Below, piece after piece: positions 18,737 through 27,658 of a DNA stretch of 53,848 nucleotides (its first letter is position 1; every line of letters starts with the position of its first letter). The position numbers and the translations under genes are program-made. Origin of the DNA: Candidatus Geohabitans tengchongensis (lineage in GTDB: Bacteria; Sysuimicrobiota; Sysuimicrobiia; Sysuimicrobiales; Humicultoraceae); assembly GCA_031459625.1 (NCBI GenBank), contig JAVKIH010000016.1, positions 1-53,848 of the forward strand, in the 5' to 3' direction. Below the pieces are notes generated by a model that did no database searches, had not been told where the DNA came from, and was given only the letters and a program-made list of their open reading frames with translations.

Positions 18737-19195
18737 TCAGAGGCGGACCGAAAAGCTCACCACCACGTTGGGCGCGGCCACGCCGACCAGAGTCAGGGTC
18801 AGGCGCGAGCCCAGGTCCTCGGCCCGCACGGCGACGAGCGTCGCGGTGCCCACGGCCACGAGGGCGACCGGGGCGGATACCGGCACCAGGTACAGGAACC
18901 GCCCGCGCAGCTTGGCCCCTGCCGGGGTTGTCAGCCGGACGAGTTGCCCGGGGGGAATCTTCACGCCGGCCGGTGCGAAGGCCAGGAAGGTGCCACCCCT
19001 CTCACCGACGAGGAAGAGCGTGTAGCACGTCCCCGGGCTGATGACGATGGTGCCGTACACCAGCGCCGCGGTAGGGCAGAACGCCTCCCCCGCCACATAG
19101 GTCTTCACCTTGACCTTGGGTCCCTTCGGACCGGCCAGGGCCGGGGTGGGGGCGAGGGCGATGACCAGAGCGACCGCGGCCGCGAGAACGCGCAT
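18737..19195 (-). CDS. Secreted hypothetical protein
   Basis: GGAGGT RBS, signal peptide MRVLAAAVALVIALAPTPALA, beta-rich mature region. Confidence 0.7.
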   Translation of the reverse strand: MRVLAAAVALVIALAPTPALAGPKGPKVKVKTYVAGEAFCPTAALVYGTIVISPGTCYTLFLVGERGGTFLAFAPAGVKIPPGQLVRLTTPAGAKLRGRFLYLVPVSAPVALVAVGTATLVAVRAEDLGSRLTLTLVGVAAPNVVVSFSVRL

Positions 19196-19376
19196 GGGCG
19201 ACCACCTCCATCGATCTTCCTGCCCGCCACGGGGGAGGGTATAGACGGCGCCCCCAGGAGTATACTGCTGCCATGAGGCCGTTCGGCTGACGGTGAGCAC
19301 CTGACACTCCTGCGGCGCGCGCCCGCGCTCCGCCCGGCCTCCCTGCCGATCGACGAGATCGCAGGGAGGTGGAGCG

Positions 19377-20093
19377 ATGGTCCCAGATGTCGTGGATGTT
19401 GTGTGCGGGCGTCGCCTCGAGCGGGTGCCCGCCGCTGCATTGCGGGTGTGGGCCCAGACCTACCAGCGCGTGGTGGTGGATCTCGGTGCGGGCGACGGTC
19501 GGGCGGCCTACCGTCTTGCCCGAACACATCCGACTTGGGCGGCCCTGGCGGTGGACCCCGATGTCCGCGCCCTCCGCGAGGTCTCGTGGAGGGCCGCACG
19601 TCCCGTCCCCCGCGGAGGGGCGCCCAACGCCTGCTTCATTCGGGCTGCGCTGGAGATGCTGCCAGCCGGGTTGGATGCGCTGGCCGACGAGATCCGCATC
19701 GCCTACCCATGGGGGTCGCTGCTGCGGACGGTCTTGGGGCAGGATGCGATGGAGTTGCGCCGGATGGTTAGGTTGGGCGCACCCGGTGCGCAGGTCCGGG
19801 CCGAGGTGAACCGTTCGGCGCTGGCTGTGGTGCCAGGCGGGCCGGAGGCGGCGGGCCCCGACTTGGCCGCCGCCTGGGAGGCCGCGGGGCTGCGCGTGGT
19901 GTCCGTGGTCTGGGGCGCCCCGGCGCTCGAGACGTCCTGGGGACGGCGACTCAACCCGCGTGGCCGTGTCCGGGTCCTGCAGGTGGAGGGGCGGGTGCTC
20001 CGGGCTGAAGGGGAGTGCCTGCGGAGGAACCGGGCCGCCGGTGAGGCCGTCCAAGCGGCTGTAGAGACAGGATCGGGACAGCGGAAGGCCTGA
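19377..20093 (+). CDS. 16S rRNA m1A1408 methyltransferase-like protein (NpmA/KamB family)
   Basis: VDLGAGDG, RGGAPNACFIRAALEMLP, ADEIRIAYPWGSLL, TSWGRRL. These match the family's DxGxGDG, PWGxLL and SxWxxRL motifs. Confidence 0.8.
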   Translation: MVPDVVDVVCGRRLERVPAAALRVWAQTYQRVVVDLGAGDGRAAYRLARTHPTWAALAVDPDVRALREVSWRAARPVPRGGAPNACFIRAALEMLPAGLDALADEIRIAYPWGSLLRTVLGQDAMELRRMVRLGAPGAQVRAEVNRSALAVVPGGPEAAGPDLAAAWEAAGLRVVSVVWGAPALETSWGRRLNPRGRVRVLQVEGRVLRAEGECLRRNRAAGEAVQAAVETGSGQRKA

Positions 20094-20113
20094 AGGGGAC
20101 AAAGGTGCAGGCG

Positions 20114-21553
20114 ATGCGGATAGCCCTGGTTGCCCTGATGGTCATCCTGGTGGCGGGGTGGGCGGTCCCGCCCGGCACCGTCTCCACGGCGGCCCTGACC
20201 GCGGCGGCTGCCCTCCAGGCCCAGGGCCCCCCGGATGCCGTCGCGCAGCCCGCTGGGCAGCTCCCGCCTCCCTCGGCGCTCCTGGTTCAGGTCTTCCAGC
20301 TCATCACCGAAGAGGCGCTGGCTCCGCCGCCCTACCCCGCTCTCCTGCAGGCCGCCGTGGAAGGAATGCGCGCGGCGCTGCGGGCCGCGGGCGTGGCCAC
20401 CCCGCTCGCCGACATCCCCATCACCGGCTACCCCGACCAGGACCTCCAGGCGGTGCTGGCGCGCCTGCAGCGGGCCACCGCACTGCTCTCGGGCGGGCCG
20501 GCGGGATCGGCCGGATCGATGGAGGTGGCCTACGCCGCCGTCAAGGCCATGGTGGCGGCGGTGCGCGAGGCCAACTCCGTCTTCCTCACCCCAGACGAGC
20601 AGGCGCGCTTCAGCCGCAGCGAGAGCGGCGAGTTCGTGGGGATCGGCGTGGTGCTGGAGGAGCGGGACGGCCGCGTTGTCATCGCCCGCGTCCTGGAGGA
20701 GTCGCCCGCCGCGCAGGCCGGTGTGCTGCCCGAGGACGTCATCGAGGCGGTGAACGGCCAGCCCACCGCCGGGCTGGGGCTGGAGCAGGTCCGGGCGCTC
20801 ATCGCCGGGGAGGAAGGCGGGGTGGTGACGCTGCAGCTGCTGCGGCCCGCCACCGGCACCCAGGTCGTGGTCTCGATCACGCGCGCCCGCATCCGGCAGC
20901 GGACGCTCACGGCCCGGCTGGTCGCCCCGGCGGTCGGGTACGTGCGCCTGACGCAGTTCCGGCGGGGGGTGGCGCAGGAACTGGGGCAGGCCCTGACGGC
21001 GCTGCGAGCCGAGGGGGCGCGGGGGATCGTCCTCGACCTGCGCGACAACCCCGGCGGGCTGCTGAACGAATCGGTGGACGTGGCCAGCTACTTCCTCGAC
21101 GACGGCATCGTGATCACCGTCCAGGAGCGCACGAGCTCGCGCACCTATACCGTCCGCCCGCGCCAGCCCAAGTTCACCCGCGCCGTGGCCGTGCTGGTGA
21201 ACCGGGGCAGCGCCAGCGCCTCGGAGGTCGTGGCGGGGGCGCTGCAGGACGCGGGGATCCGCCTGGTCGGGGAGACGACGTTCGGGAAGGCCACGATCCA
21301 GCTCGTCTACGAGTTTCCCGACGGCAGCGCCCTGCGGCTGACCGTGGCCCGCTACCTGACCCGCAGCGGGCGCGACATCAGCGGGCGCGGGCTGGTACCC
21401 GACCTGGTCGTGCCCTTGGGGATGGCGGTGGCGGGCACCCCCAATGACGCCCAGCTGCAGCGCGCGGTCATGCTGGTGAGCGACCTGGTGCGCGGCGTGG
21501 CCCACAGCCGCCGCTCCCCGCCCGCCGCCCTGGCCTGGGCGTCGGGCTTCTGA
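20114..21553 (+). CDS. S41 family C-terminal processing peptidase with PDZ domain
   Basis: Signal peptide, FVGIGV (PDZ), LDLRDNPGG, SASASE, TFGKA. Confidence 0.92.
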   Translation: MRIALVALMVILVAGWAVPPGTVSTAALTAAAALQAQGPPDAVAQPAGQLPPPSALLVQVFQLITEEALAPPPYPALLQAAVEGMRAALRAAGVATPLADIPITGYPDQDLQAVLARLQRATALLSGGPAGSAGSMEVAYAAVKAMVAAVREANSVFLTPDEQARFSRSESGEFVGIGVVLEERDGRVVIARVLEESPAAQAGVLPEDVIEAVNGQPTAGLGLEQVRALIAGEEGGVVTLQLLRPATGTQVVVSITRARIRQRTLTARLVAPAVGYVRLTQFRRGVAQELGQALTALRAEGARGIVLDLRDNPGGLLNESVDVASYFLDDGIVITVQERTSSRTYTVRPRQPKFTRAVAVLVNRGSASASEVVAGALQDAGIRLVGETTFGKATIQLVYEFPDGSALRLTVARYLTRSGRDISGRGLVPDLVVPLGMAVAGTPNDAQLQRAVMLVSDLVRGVAHSRRSPPAALAWASGF

Positions 21554-21567
21554 CCTCCGTCGCACCG

Positions 21568-22152
21568 CTAGGGGGCGTTGCGCTCGGGGCCCACCCGGCC
21601 CCGGTGGGCGTCGATGAACCGCACGATGGTCGCCTCGTCGAAGGCCTGCAGCTTCAGGAGCCGCCCCCAGGCAGCCAGGGCGATGGGGACGTCGTTTGCC
21701 GGCCGCGGCGTCACGATGACCTTCGTGCGGTAGCGGCCGGCGATGGCCGTCAGCCGGTCGGCGAGCGCCCGGTCGTCGCGGTTGCGGTAGGAGATCCACA
21801 CCCCGCCGTGCTCCAGGTTGTGGACCAGCAACTCGTCCGGCAGGACCTCGGTGTGGACTCCCCAGGGCGCAGTGGTGGGCCAGTGAGGGCCGGAGGTCGG
21901 CGGGTTCGTCGCATACCCGGTCGCCCGCGTCCCTGGGGCGATGTGGGAGGGCGGCACCGTGGGGACGCGGTAGGGCGTGCGCAGCGAGCCGGTGGCCACC
22001 CAGGCCAGCAGGGCGATGAGGAGGACGGTGCCGCCGCCCCAGGTCAGCGCCTGCACACGTCGCCGGCGCGCCGCCGCGGCCCGTTCCGCCGCCCGGCGTT
22101 CCTCCCGTCGTCGGCGCCGCTCCTCTGCCTTGCGCGCATCCTTCTTCGCCAT
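21568..22152 (-). CDS. DUF3105 family membrane-anchored protein
   Basis: NPPTSGPHW, VHNLEHGGVWISY, LAAWG; one TM helix. Confidence 0.88.
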   Translation of the reverse strand: MAKKDARKAEERRRRREERRAAERAAAARRRRVQALTWGGGTVLLIALLAWVATGSLRTPYRVPTVPPSHIAPGTRATGYATNPPTSGPHWPTTAPWGVHTEVLPDELLVHNLEHGGVWISYRNRDDRALADRLTAIAGRYRTKVIVTPRPANDVPIALAAWGRLLKLQAFDEATIVRFIDAHRGRVGPERNAP

Positions 22153-22177
22153 CGCTCCTCCCGGTAGTATAACCTCC

Positions 22178-23974
22178 GTGGTCGTCCGCAGCGTCGTCCG
22201 GCACAGCGCCTACGCCGACTCGGTCACCCTCATGCGGGTCCAGCAGGAGGTCCGCCGGCAGGCCGGCGTCGAGGAGGCCGGGCTCGTGCTGGCCACCGAG
22301 GCCAACAAGGCGTTGTTGCAGCAGGCCGGCCTGCTCACCCCCGAGGCCTCGACGGCCGGGCCCGACGACCTGGTGATCGCCGTGCGGGCGGTCTCCGAGG
22401 AGGCGGCCGCCCGGGCACTGGCGGAGGCGCAGACGCTGCTGAGCCGCCCGCGCGCGTCGGCAGGCGGGGACGCCTACCGTCCCCGCACCCTGGCCGCGGC
22501 CCGGCGGCTGCTGCCGCAGGCCACGGTGGCGGCCGTCTCCGTGCCGGGGCGCTTCGCCGCCGGCGTGGCGCGCGAGGCGCTGCGCGAAGGGCTGCACGTC
22601 TTCCTCTTCAGTGACAACGTCCCCCTCGAGGAGGAAGTGGCGCTCAAGCGCGAGGCGGCGGAGCGGGGACTGCTGGTCATGGGCCCCGACTGCGGCACCG
22701 CCCTCCTCGGGGGCGTGGGCCTGGGGTTCGCCAACCGGGTGCGGCGGGGACCGGTGGGGATCGTGGCCGCATCCGGCACGGGCCTGCAGGAAGTGGCCAG
22801 CCTGGTGCACCGCTGGGGCAGCGGCGTGAGCCAGGCTATCGGCACCGGCGGGCGCGACGTGAGCGGTGCCGTGGGCGGGGCCACGATGGTCCGGGCGCTG
22901 GGCCTCCTGGCTGACGACCCGGCCACCCGGGTCATCGTCCTCGTGAGCAAGCCTCCCGACCCGACGGTGGCGGAGCGGGTCCTGGCAGCGGCGCGGGGGA
23001 CCGGCAAGCCGGTGGTCGCGGTGTTCGTGGGGGCGGAAGTGGCCGACAGCGGCACCGTCTCCGGCGCGCGCACGCTGGCCGGGGCCGCCCGGCGCGCCGT
23101 GCTCCTCGCCGAGGGCGCGGGGGTGCGGGAGGCGCCCCCCGCCGACGCGGAGGCAGAGGCCGGGTCGCTCCCCGAGCCGCTCCGGGCCGAGGCCGCACGG
23201 CTGGCGTCAGGGCAGCGCTTCGTGCGCGGCCTCTACAGCGGCGGGACGCTGTGCGCCGAGGCGCAGGCGGTCCTGCGCACCTACGTCGGCCGCGTGCGCT
23301 CCAACGCCCCCCTGGACCCGGCGGATGCCCTCCCCGGCACCGGCCCGGCCGTCGAGCACACCCTCCTCGACCTGGGGGCGGACGAGTTCACCCAGGGCCG
23401 GCTGCACCCTCTGCTCGACCCTACGCTACGCCTGCAGCGCCTGGCCGCGGAGGCCGCCGACCCCGCCGTCGCGGTGCTCCTCCTCGACGTGGTCCTCGGG
23501 GATGCGGTCGAGCCCGATCCCGCCGCCCGGCTGGGCCCCGCGATAGCTCAGGCCCGGGAGGAGGCCCGCCGCAGCGGGCGGACCCTGTGCGTGCTCGGGA
23601 GCGTGTGCGGGACCGAGCTGGACCCGCAGGATGCGGAAGCCCAGACGGCGGCCCTGCGGGAGGCAGGGATGCACGTGCTGGACGCCGCCGCCCTGGCGGC
23701 CCACGCGGCGGGCCAGCTCCTCCGGCAGCGCGGCGTCCGGGACGGGACGCGCGAGGTCACCCGCCTGGCCGTGCCCGAGGGGGCGGTCCCTCCGCCCGAC
23801 CCGGGTCCGCTGCGCACGCTGCTCCAGGGCCCGCCGGCCGTGGTGAACGTGGGCCTCGGCCTCTTTGCGGAGAGCCTGGCGCGTCAGGGGGCCCGTGTCA
23901 TCGACCTGGACTGGCGCCCGCCCGCCGGCGGCCGGGAGCGCTGGCTCGAGCTGCTCGACCGTCTGGAGGCGTAA
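22178..23974 (+). CDS. fdrA: FdrA-family acyl-CoA synthetase-like protein
   Basis: YADSVTLM, FLFSDNV, MGPDCGT, ASGTGLQE, GTGGRD, GLYSGGTL, DLGADEFTQGRLHP; C-terminal VNVGL...DWRPPAGG extension. Confidence 0.88.
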   Translation: MVVRSVVRHSAYADSVTLMRVQQEVRRQAGVEEAGLVLATEANKALLQQAGLLTPEASTAGPDDLVIAVRAVSEEAAARALAEAQTLLSRPRASAGGDAYRPRTLAAARRLLPQATVAAVSVPGRFAAGVAREALREGLHVFLFSDNVPLEEEVALKREAAERGLLVMGPDCGTALLGGVGLGFANRVRRGPVGIVAASGTGLQEVASLVHRWGSGVSQAIGTGGRDVSGAVGGATMVRALGLLADDPATRVIVLVSKPPDPTVAERVLAAARGTGKPVVAVFVGAEVADSGTVSGARTLAGAARRAVLLAEGAGVREAPPADAEAEAGSLPEPLRAEAARLASGQRFVRGLYSGGTLCAEAQAVLRTYVGRVRSNAPLDPADALPGTGPAVEHTLLDLGADEFTQGRLHPLLDPTLRLQRLAAEAADPAVAVLLLDVVLGDAVEPDPAARLGPAIAQAREEARRSGRTLCVLGSVCGTELDPQDAEAQTAALREAGMHVLDAAALAAHAAGQLLRQRGVRDGTREVTRLAVPEGAVPPPDPGPLRTLLQGPPAVVNVGLGLFAESLARQGARVIDLDWRPPAGGRERWLELLDRLEA

Positions 23975-24087
23975 CCGCGCGCCCGGCCCGTCCCTGAAGG
24001 CCGGCGGCGCGGTCGGACGGGCAAGGAAGGCCCACGGTCGAAGGCGAATTGTATTATACTTCTCGCCCACGGGAGGTGGAGGAGCGC

Positions 24088-25698
24088 GTGTCGACCGGTC
24101 GGCTCTGGAGAGTGGTCCGGTCTGTGGGTCTGGTGTGGCTCATCGGGGCGCTGGTGCTGCTCCCGGCACTGGCCACCGCCCAGCAGCCGCGGCGCGGCGG
24201 TACGCTCGTCTACATCGTGTCGGCAGAACCTCCATCCTTTGACGGCCACCGGGAGACGACCTTCGCTATGCTCCACCCGGTGAAGCCCCACTACAACTAC
24301 CTGGTGAAGTTCGACACCCAGAACTTCCCCAAGGTCGTCGGCGACCTGGCCGAGTCGTGGACCGTCTCCCGCGACGGACGCACGTACACCTTCAAGATCC
24401 GTCAGGGCGTGCGCTGGCACGACGGGTCGCCGCTGACGGCCCGCGACATCCAGGCCACCTACGACAAGATCATCTTCCCGAAGGAAGGGGTCATCAGCGC
24501 GCGCCAGGCCATGTACCACATGGTCCAGCGCGTCGAGGCCCCCGACGCCCAGACGGTGGTCTTCCGGCTGAAGTTCGCCTCCCCGGGGTTCGTGGAGAAG
24601 CTGGCGTCGCCGTTCAACTTCGTCTACAAGGCGGAGATCCTCGAGCGCGACCCGCGCTGGTACGAGCGCAACATCATGGGCACCGGGCCGTTCCGCTTCG
24701 TCGAGTACGTGCGCGGCTCCCACTGGGTCGGGCGGCGCAACGACGAGTACTTCAAGCCCGGCCTGCCCTACCTGGACGGCTTCCGCGCGCTGTTCATCGG
24801 CAGCCGCTCGGCGATGATGGCGGCCCTGAAGAGCGGCCAGGCCCTGATCGAGTTCCGCGGCGTCTCGCCGGCGGAGCGGGACGACCTGGTGCGGACCCTG
24901 GGGGACCGCATCGCCGTGCAGGAGCAGCCCTGGAACTGCAACCTCATCGTGGTCTTCAACACGCGGCGCAAGCCCTTCGACGACGCGCGGGTGCGCCGGG
25001 CCCTCACCCTGGCGGTGGACCGCTGGGGCGGCTCGCAGGCGCTGTCCCAGATCGCCCTGGTCCGCCCGGTGGGCGCGGTGATGCGCCCGGGCTCGGAGTA
25101 CGCCATGTCCCAGGCCGAGCTGATGCGGCTGGCCGGCTACGGGCGGAACATCACCGCAGCCCGGCAGCAGGCCCGCCAGCTCCTCCGCGAAGCCGGCGTG
25201 CCCGAGGGCTTCAGCTTCACCCTGAAGAACCGCAGCATCCAGATGCCGTACGAGCCCGTGGGGGTCTACCTGGTGGACCAGTGGCGGCAGATCGGGCTGA
25301 ACGTGCGCCACGAGCAGCAGGAGACGGCGCGCTACCTGGCCGACCAGCGCGCCGGGAACTACGAGGCCACGGTGGACTTCGCCTGCGACTTCATCGACGA
25401 CCCCGACGTGCAGCTGGTGAAGTTCCTCTCCGCCGACGTGAGCCCGCTCAACTACGGCGGGTACATCGACCGGCAGCTCGACGCCTGGTACTTCCGCCAG
25501 AGCCGGACGACGGACCGGGCGGAGCGGACCCGCATCATCCGGCAGTTCGAGCGGCGGCTGCTGGACGAGCAGGCCTACGTGATGTACGTCCTGTGGTGGT
25601 GGCGCATCATCCCGTACTGGCGGACGCTGCAAGGGTACAAGACCACCACGAACCACTACGTCGAGCCGGACCTGGAGGTCTACTGGCTCTCGCCGTAA
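24088..25698 (+). CDS. ABC transporter substrate-binding protein, family 5 (peptide/nickel)
   Basis: Signal peptide, GDLAESWTVS, YTFKIRQGVRWHDG, GTGPF, PFDDARVRRAL. Confidence 0.93.
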   Translation: MSTGRLWRVVRSVGLVWLIGALVLLPALATAQQPRRGGTLVYIVSAEPPSFDGHRETTFAMLHPVKPHYNYLVKFDTQNFPKVVGDLAESWTVSRDGRTYTFKIRQGVRWHDGSPLTARDIQATYDKIIFPKEGVISARQAMYHMVQRVEAPDAQTVVFRLKFASPGFVEKLASPFNFVYKAEILERDPRWYERNIMGTGPFRFVEYVRGSHWVGRRNDEYFKPGLPYLDGFRALFIGSRSAMMAALKSGQALIEFRGVSPAERDDLVRTLGDRIAVQEQPWNCNLIVVFNTRRKPFDDARVRRALTLAVDRWGGSQALSQIALVRPVGAVMRPGSEYAMSQAELMRLAGYGRNITAARQQARQLLREAGVPEGFSFTLKNRSIQMPYEPVGVYLVDQWRQIGLNVRHEQQETARYLADQRAGNYEATVDFACDFIDDPDVQLVKFLSADVSPLNYGGYIDRQLDAWYFRQSRTTDRAERTRIIRQFERRLLDEQAYVMYVLWWWRIIPYWRTLQGYKTTTNHYVEPDLEVYWLSP

Positions 25699-25755
25699 CG
25701 TGCGCGTGCCGTCCCCGGGGGTGGCGGGGCGCCGCCCGCCGGCGGCGCTGACGAC

Positions 25756-26709
25756 GTGACGCGCTACATCCTCACGCGGCTGCTGCTCATCGTCCCCACC
25801 CTCGTCACGGTGGCGGTGCTCATCTTCGTCATCATGCGCGTGGTCCCGGGGGACATCGTGGCCCTGCGACTGGTGCTGGGCGGCTCGTACATCACCCCGG
25901 GCGTGCTGGAGGCGGAGCGGGCCCGGCTGGGCCTGGACAAGCCCATGTGGGCGCAGTTCGTCGACTACCTGATGGGGCTGGTCCGCTTCGACCTGGGGAC
26001 CTCGATGTGGTCGGGGGCGCCGGTGGCACGGGAGATCGCCATCCGGCTGCCGCTCACCCTGCAGCTCGCCGTCATGGCCACGGTGGTGGCCGTGGCCGTG
26101 GCCATCCCCCTGGGGACGCTGGCCGCCGTCTACCGCGGGCGCTGGATCGACCACGCCGTCCAGGTCTTCAGCGTGGCCGGCCTGGCCGTCCCGTCCTTCT
26201 GGCTGGGGATCCTGCTCATCCTCTTCCTGCTCACCGTCTTCCACTACCTCCCCCCGCTCACCTACACCCCGCCCTGGGTGGACCTGCGGGCCAACCTGGC
26301 CCAGCTGATCTGGCCAGCGCTGGCGGTGGGCTACCGCTACTCCGCGGTGGCCACGCGCATGACGCGCTCGGCACTGCTGGACGTGCTGCGGGAGGACTAC
26401 GTGCGCACGGCCTGGGCCAAGGGGCTGGAGCGGCGGGTGATCCTGCGCCGCCACGCCCTGCGCAACGCGTTGCTACCGGTGGTGACGGTCATCGGGCTGG
26501 AGTTCGCCTTCCTCATCGGCGGCCTGGTCGTCACCGAGCAGGTCTTCAACCTCAACGGGGTGGGCAAGCTCATCGTCGACGCCATCAGCCAGCGCGACTA
26601 CACGCTCATCCAGGGGCTGATGCTGCTGGTCGCCTCCGCCTACATCCTGGTGAACTTCCTCACCGACCTGCTCTACGCCTGGCTGGACCCCCGCATCACG
26701 TTCGGGTAG
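25756..26709 (+). CDS. DppB/OppB-like permease
   Basis: PGD, GLDKP, DYVRTAWAKGL, HALRNA. Confidence 0.93.
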   Translation: MTRYILTRLLLIVPTLVTVAVLIFVIMRVVPGDIVALRLVLGGSYITPGVLEAERARLGLDKPMWAQFVDYLMGLVRFDLGTSMWSGAPVAREIAIRLPLTLQLAVMATVVAVAVAIPLGTLAAVYRGRWIDHAVQVFSVAGLAVPSFWLGILLILFLLTVFHYLPPLTYTPPWVDLRANLAQLIWPALAVGYRYSAVATRMTRSALLDVLREDYVRTAWAKGLERRVILRRHALRNALLPVVTVIGLEFAFLIGGLVVTEQVFNLNGVGKLIVDAISQRDYTLIQGLMLLVASAYILVNFLTDLLYAWLDPRITFG

Positions 26710-26713
26710 GGGC

Positions 26714-27610
26714 ATGGCGCGCGAGACGGTCTTGGAGCGCGTGGTGGCGGTCGGCGGGGTCGCCGCCCGCCGGCCGGCCCACCCCGTCGGGCGTTTCCTG
26801 CGACGCTACCCCCTGGGGACGGCGGGCGGAGCGGTGATCCTCGGCATGCTCCTCATGGGGATTGGCGCCGCCTGGGTGGCCCCCTACAACCCCGTGGCCA
26901 ACGACTTCGCCAACATGTTCCAGCCGCCCGGCCCGGCCCACTGGTTCGGCACCGACGCCTTCGGCCGGGACGTGCTCAGCCGCATCATCTACGGCGCGCG
27001 CACGGCGATGATCGTGGGCTTCGGTGCCTCCGTCCTCGGCGCCACCGTGGGTGCCGTGATCGGCGTGGCCAGCGCCTACTTCGGCGGGTGGACCGACCTG
27101 GCGGTGCAGCGGCTGGTGGACATCATGATCTCCTTCCCCATCATCATCCTGGCGCTGGCCATCGTGGCCATCATCGGGGTGGGGACCGACAAGCTCATCC
27201 TGGCCATCGCCCTCTCCTTCATCCCGCGGGCGGAGCGGGTGGTCCGCGCCAGCGCCCTCAGCGTCCGGGAGACGGTGTACGTCGAAGCGGCGCGAGCCAT
27301 CGGCGCGGGCCACCTGCGGATCATCTTCCGCCACATGGCCCCCAACGTCGTCGCCCCCTACCTCGTCATGCTCACCTCCTTCCTCGGCCAGGCCATCCTG
27401 CTGGAGGCTTCTCTCTCCTTCCTGGGGCTGGGCGTCTCGGAGCCCACGCCCGCCTGGGGGCTGATGCTGCGCGGGGCGGCGGTGGACTTCGCCACCCGCG
27501 CCCCCTGGATGGCGATCTTCCCCGGGCTGGCCATCAGCGTCGCCGTACTGGCCTTCAACATCTTCGGCGACGCGCTGCGGGACGCGCTGGACCCCCGGCT
27601 GCGGACCTGA
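26714..27610 (+). CDS. DppC/OppC-like permease
   Basis: HWFGTDAFGRD, YVEAARAIGA, GDALRDALDPR. Confidence 0.93.
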   Translation: MARETVLERVVAVGGVAARRPAHPVGRFLRRYPLGTAGGAVILGMLLMGIGAAWVAPYNPVANDFANMFQPPGPAHWFGTDAFGRDVLSRIIYGARTAMIVGFGASVLGATVGAVIGVASAYFGGWTDLAVQRLVDIMISFPIIILALAIVAIIGVGTDKLILAIALSFIPRAERVVRASALSVRETVYVEAARAIGAGHLRIIFRHMAPNVVAPYLVMLTSFLGQAILLEASLSFLGLGVSEPTPAWGLMLRGAAVDFATRAPWMAIFPGLAISVAVLAFNIFGDALRDALDPRLRT

Positions 27611-27658
27611 CTCGTCCGGGGCGGGAACCCGCCCCGGATGTGCCGAACTACAGGGCCC

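Noticed and set aside
20114..27610. S41 protease and Dpp/Opp transporter as dedicated processing and import machinery for the APELPGEN peptide
   Set aside because: Mechanistically plausible, but they are 8-15 kb away, belong to common families, and nothing in the sequence links them to the peptide.
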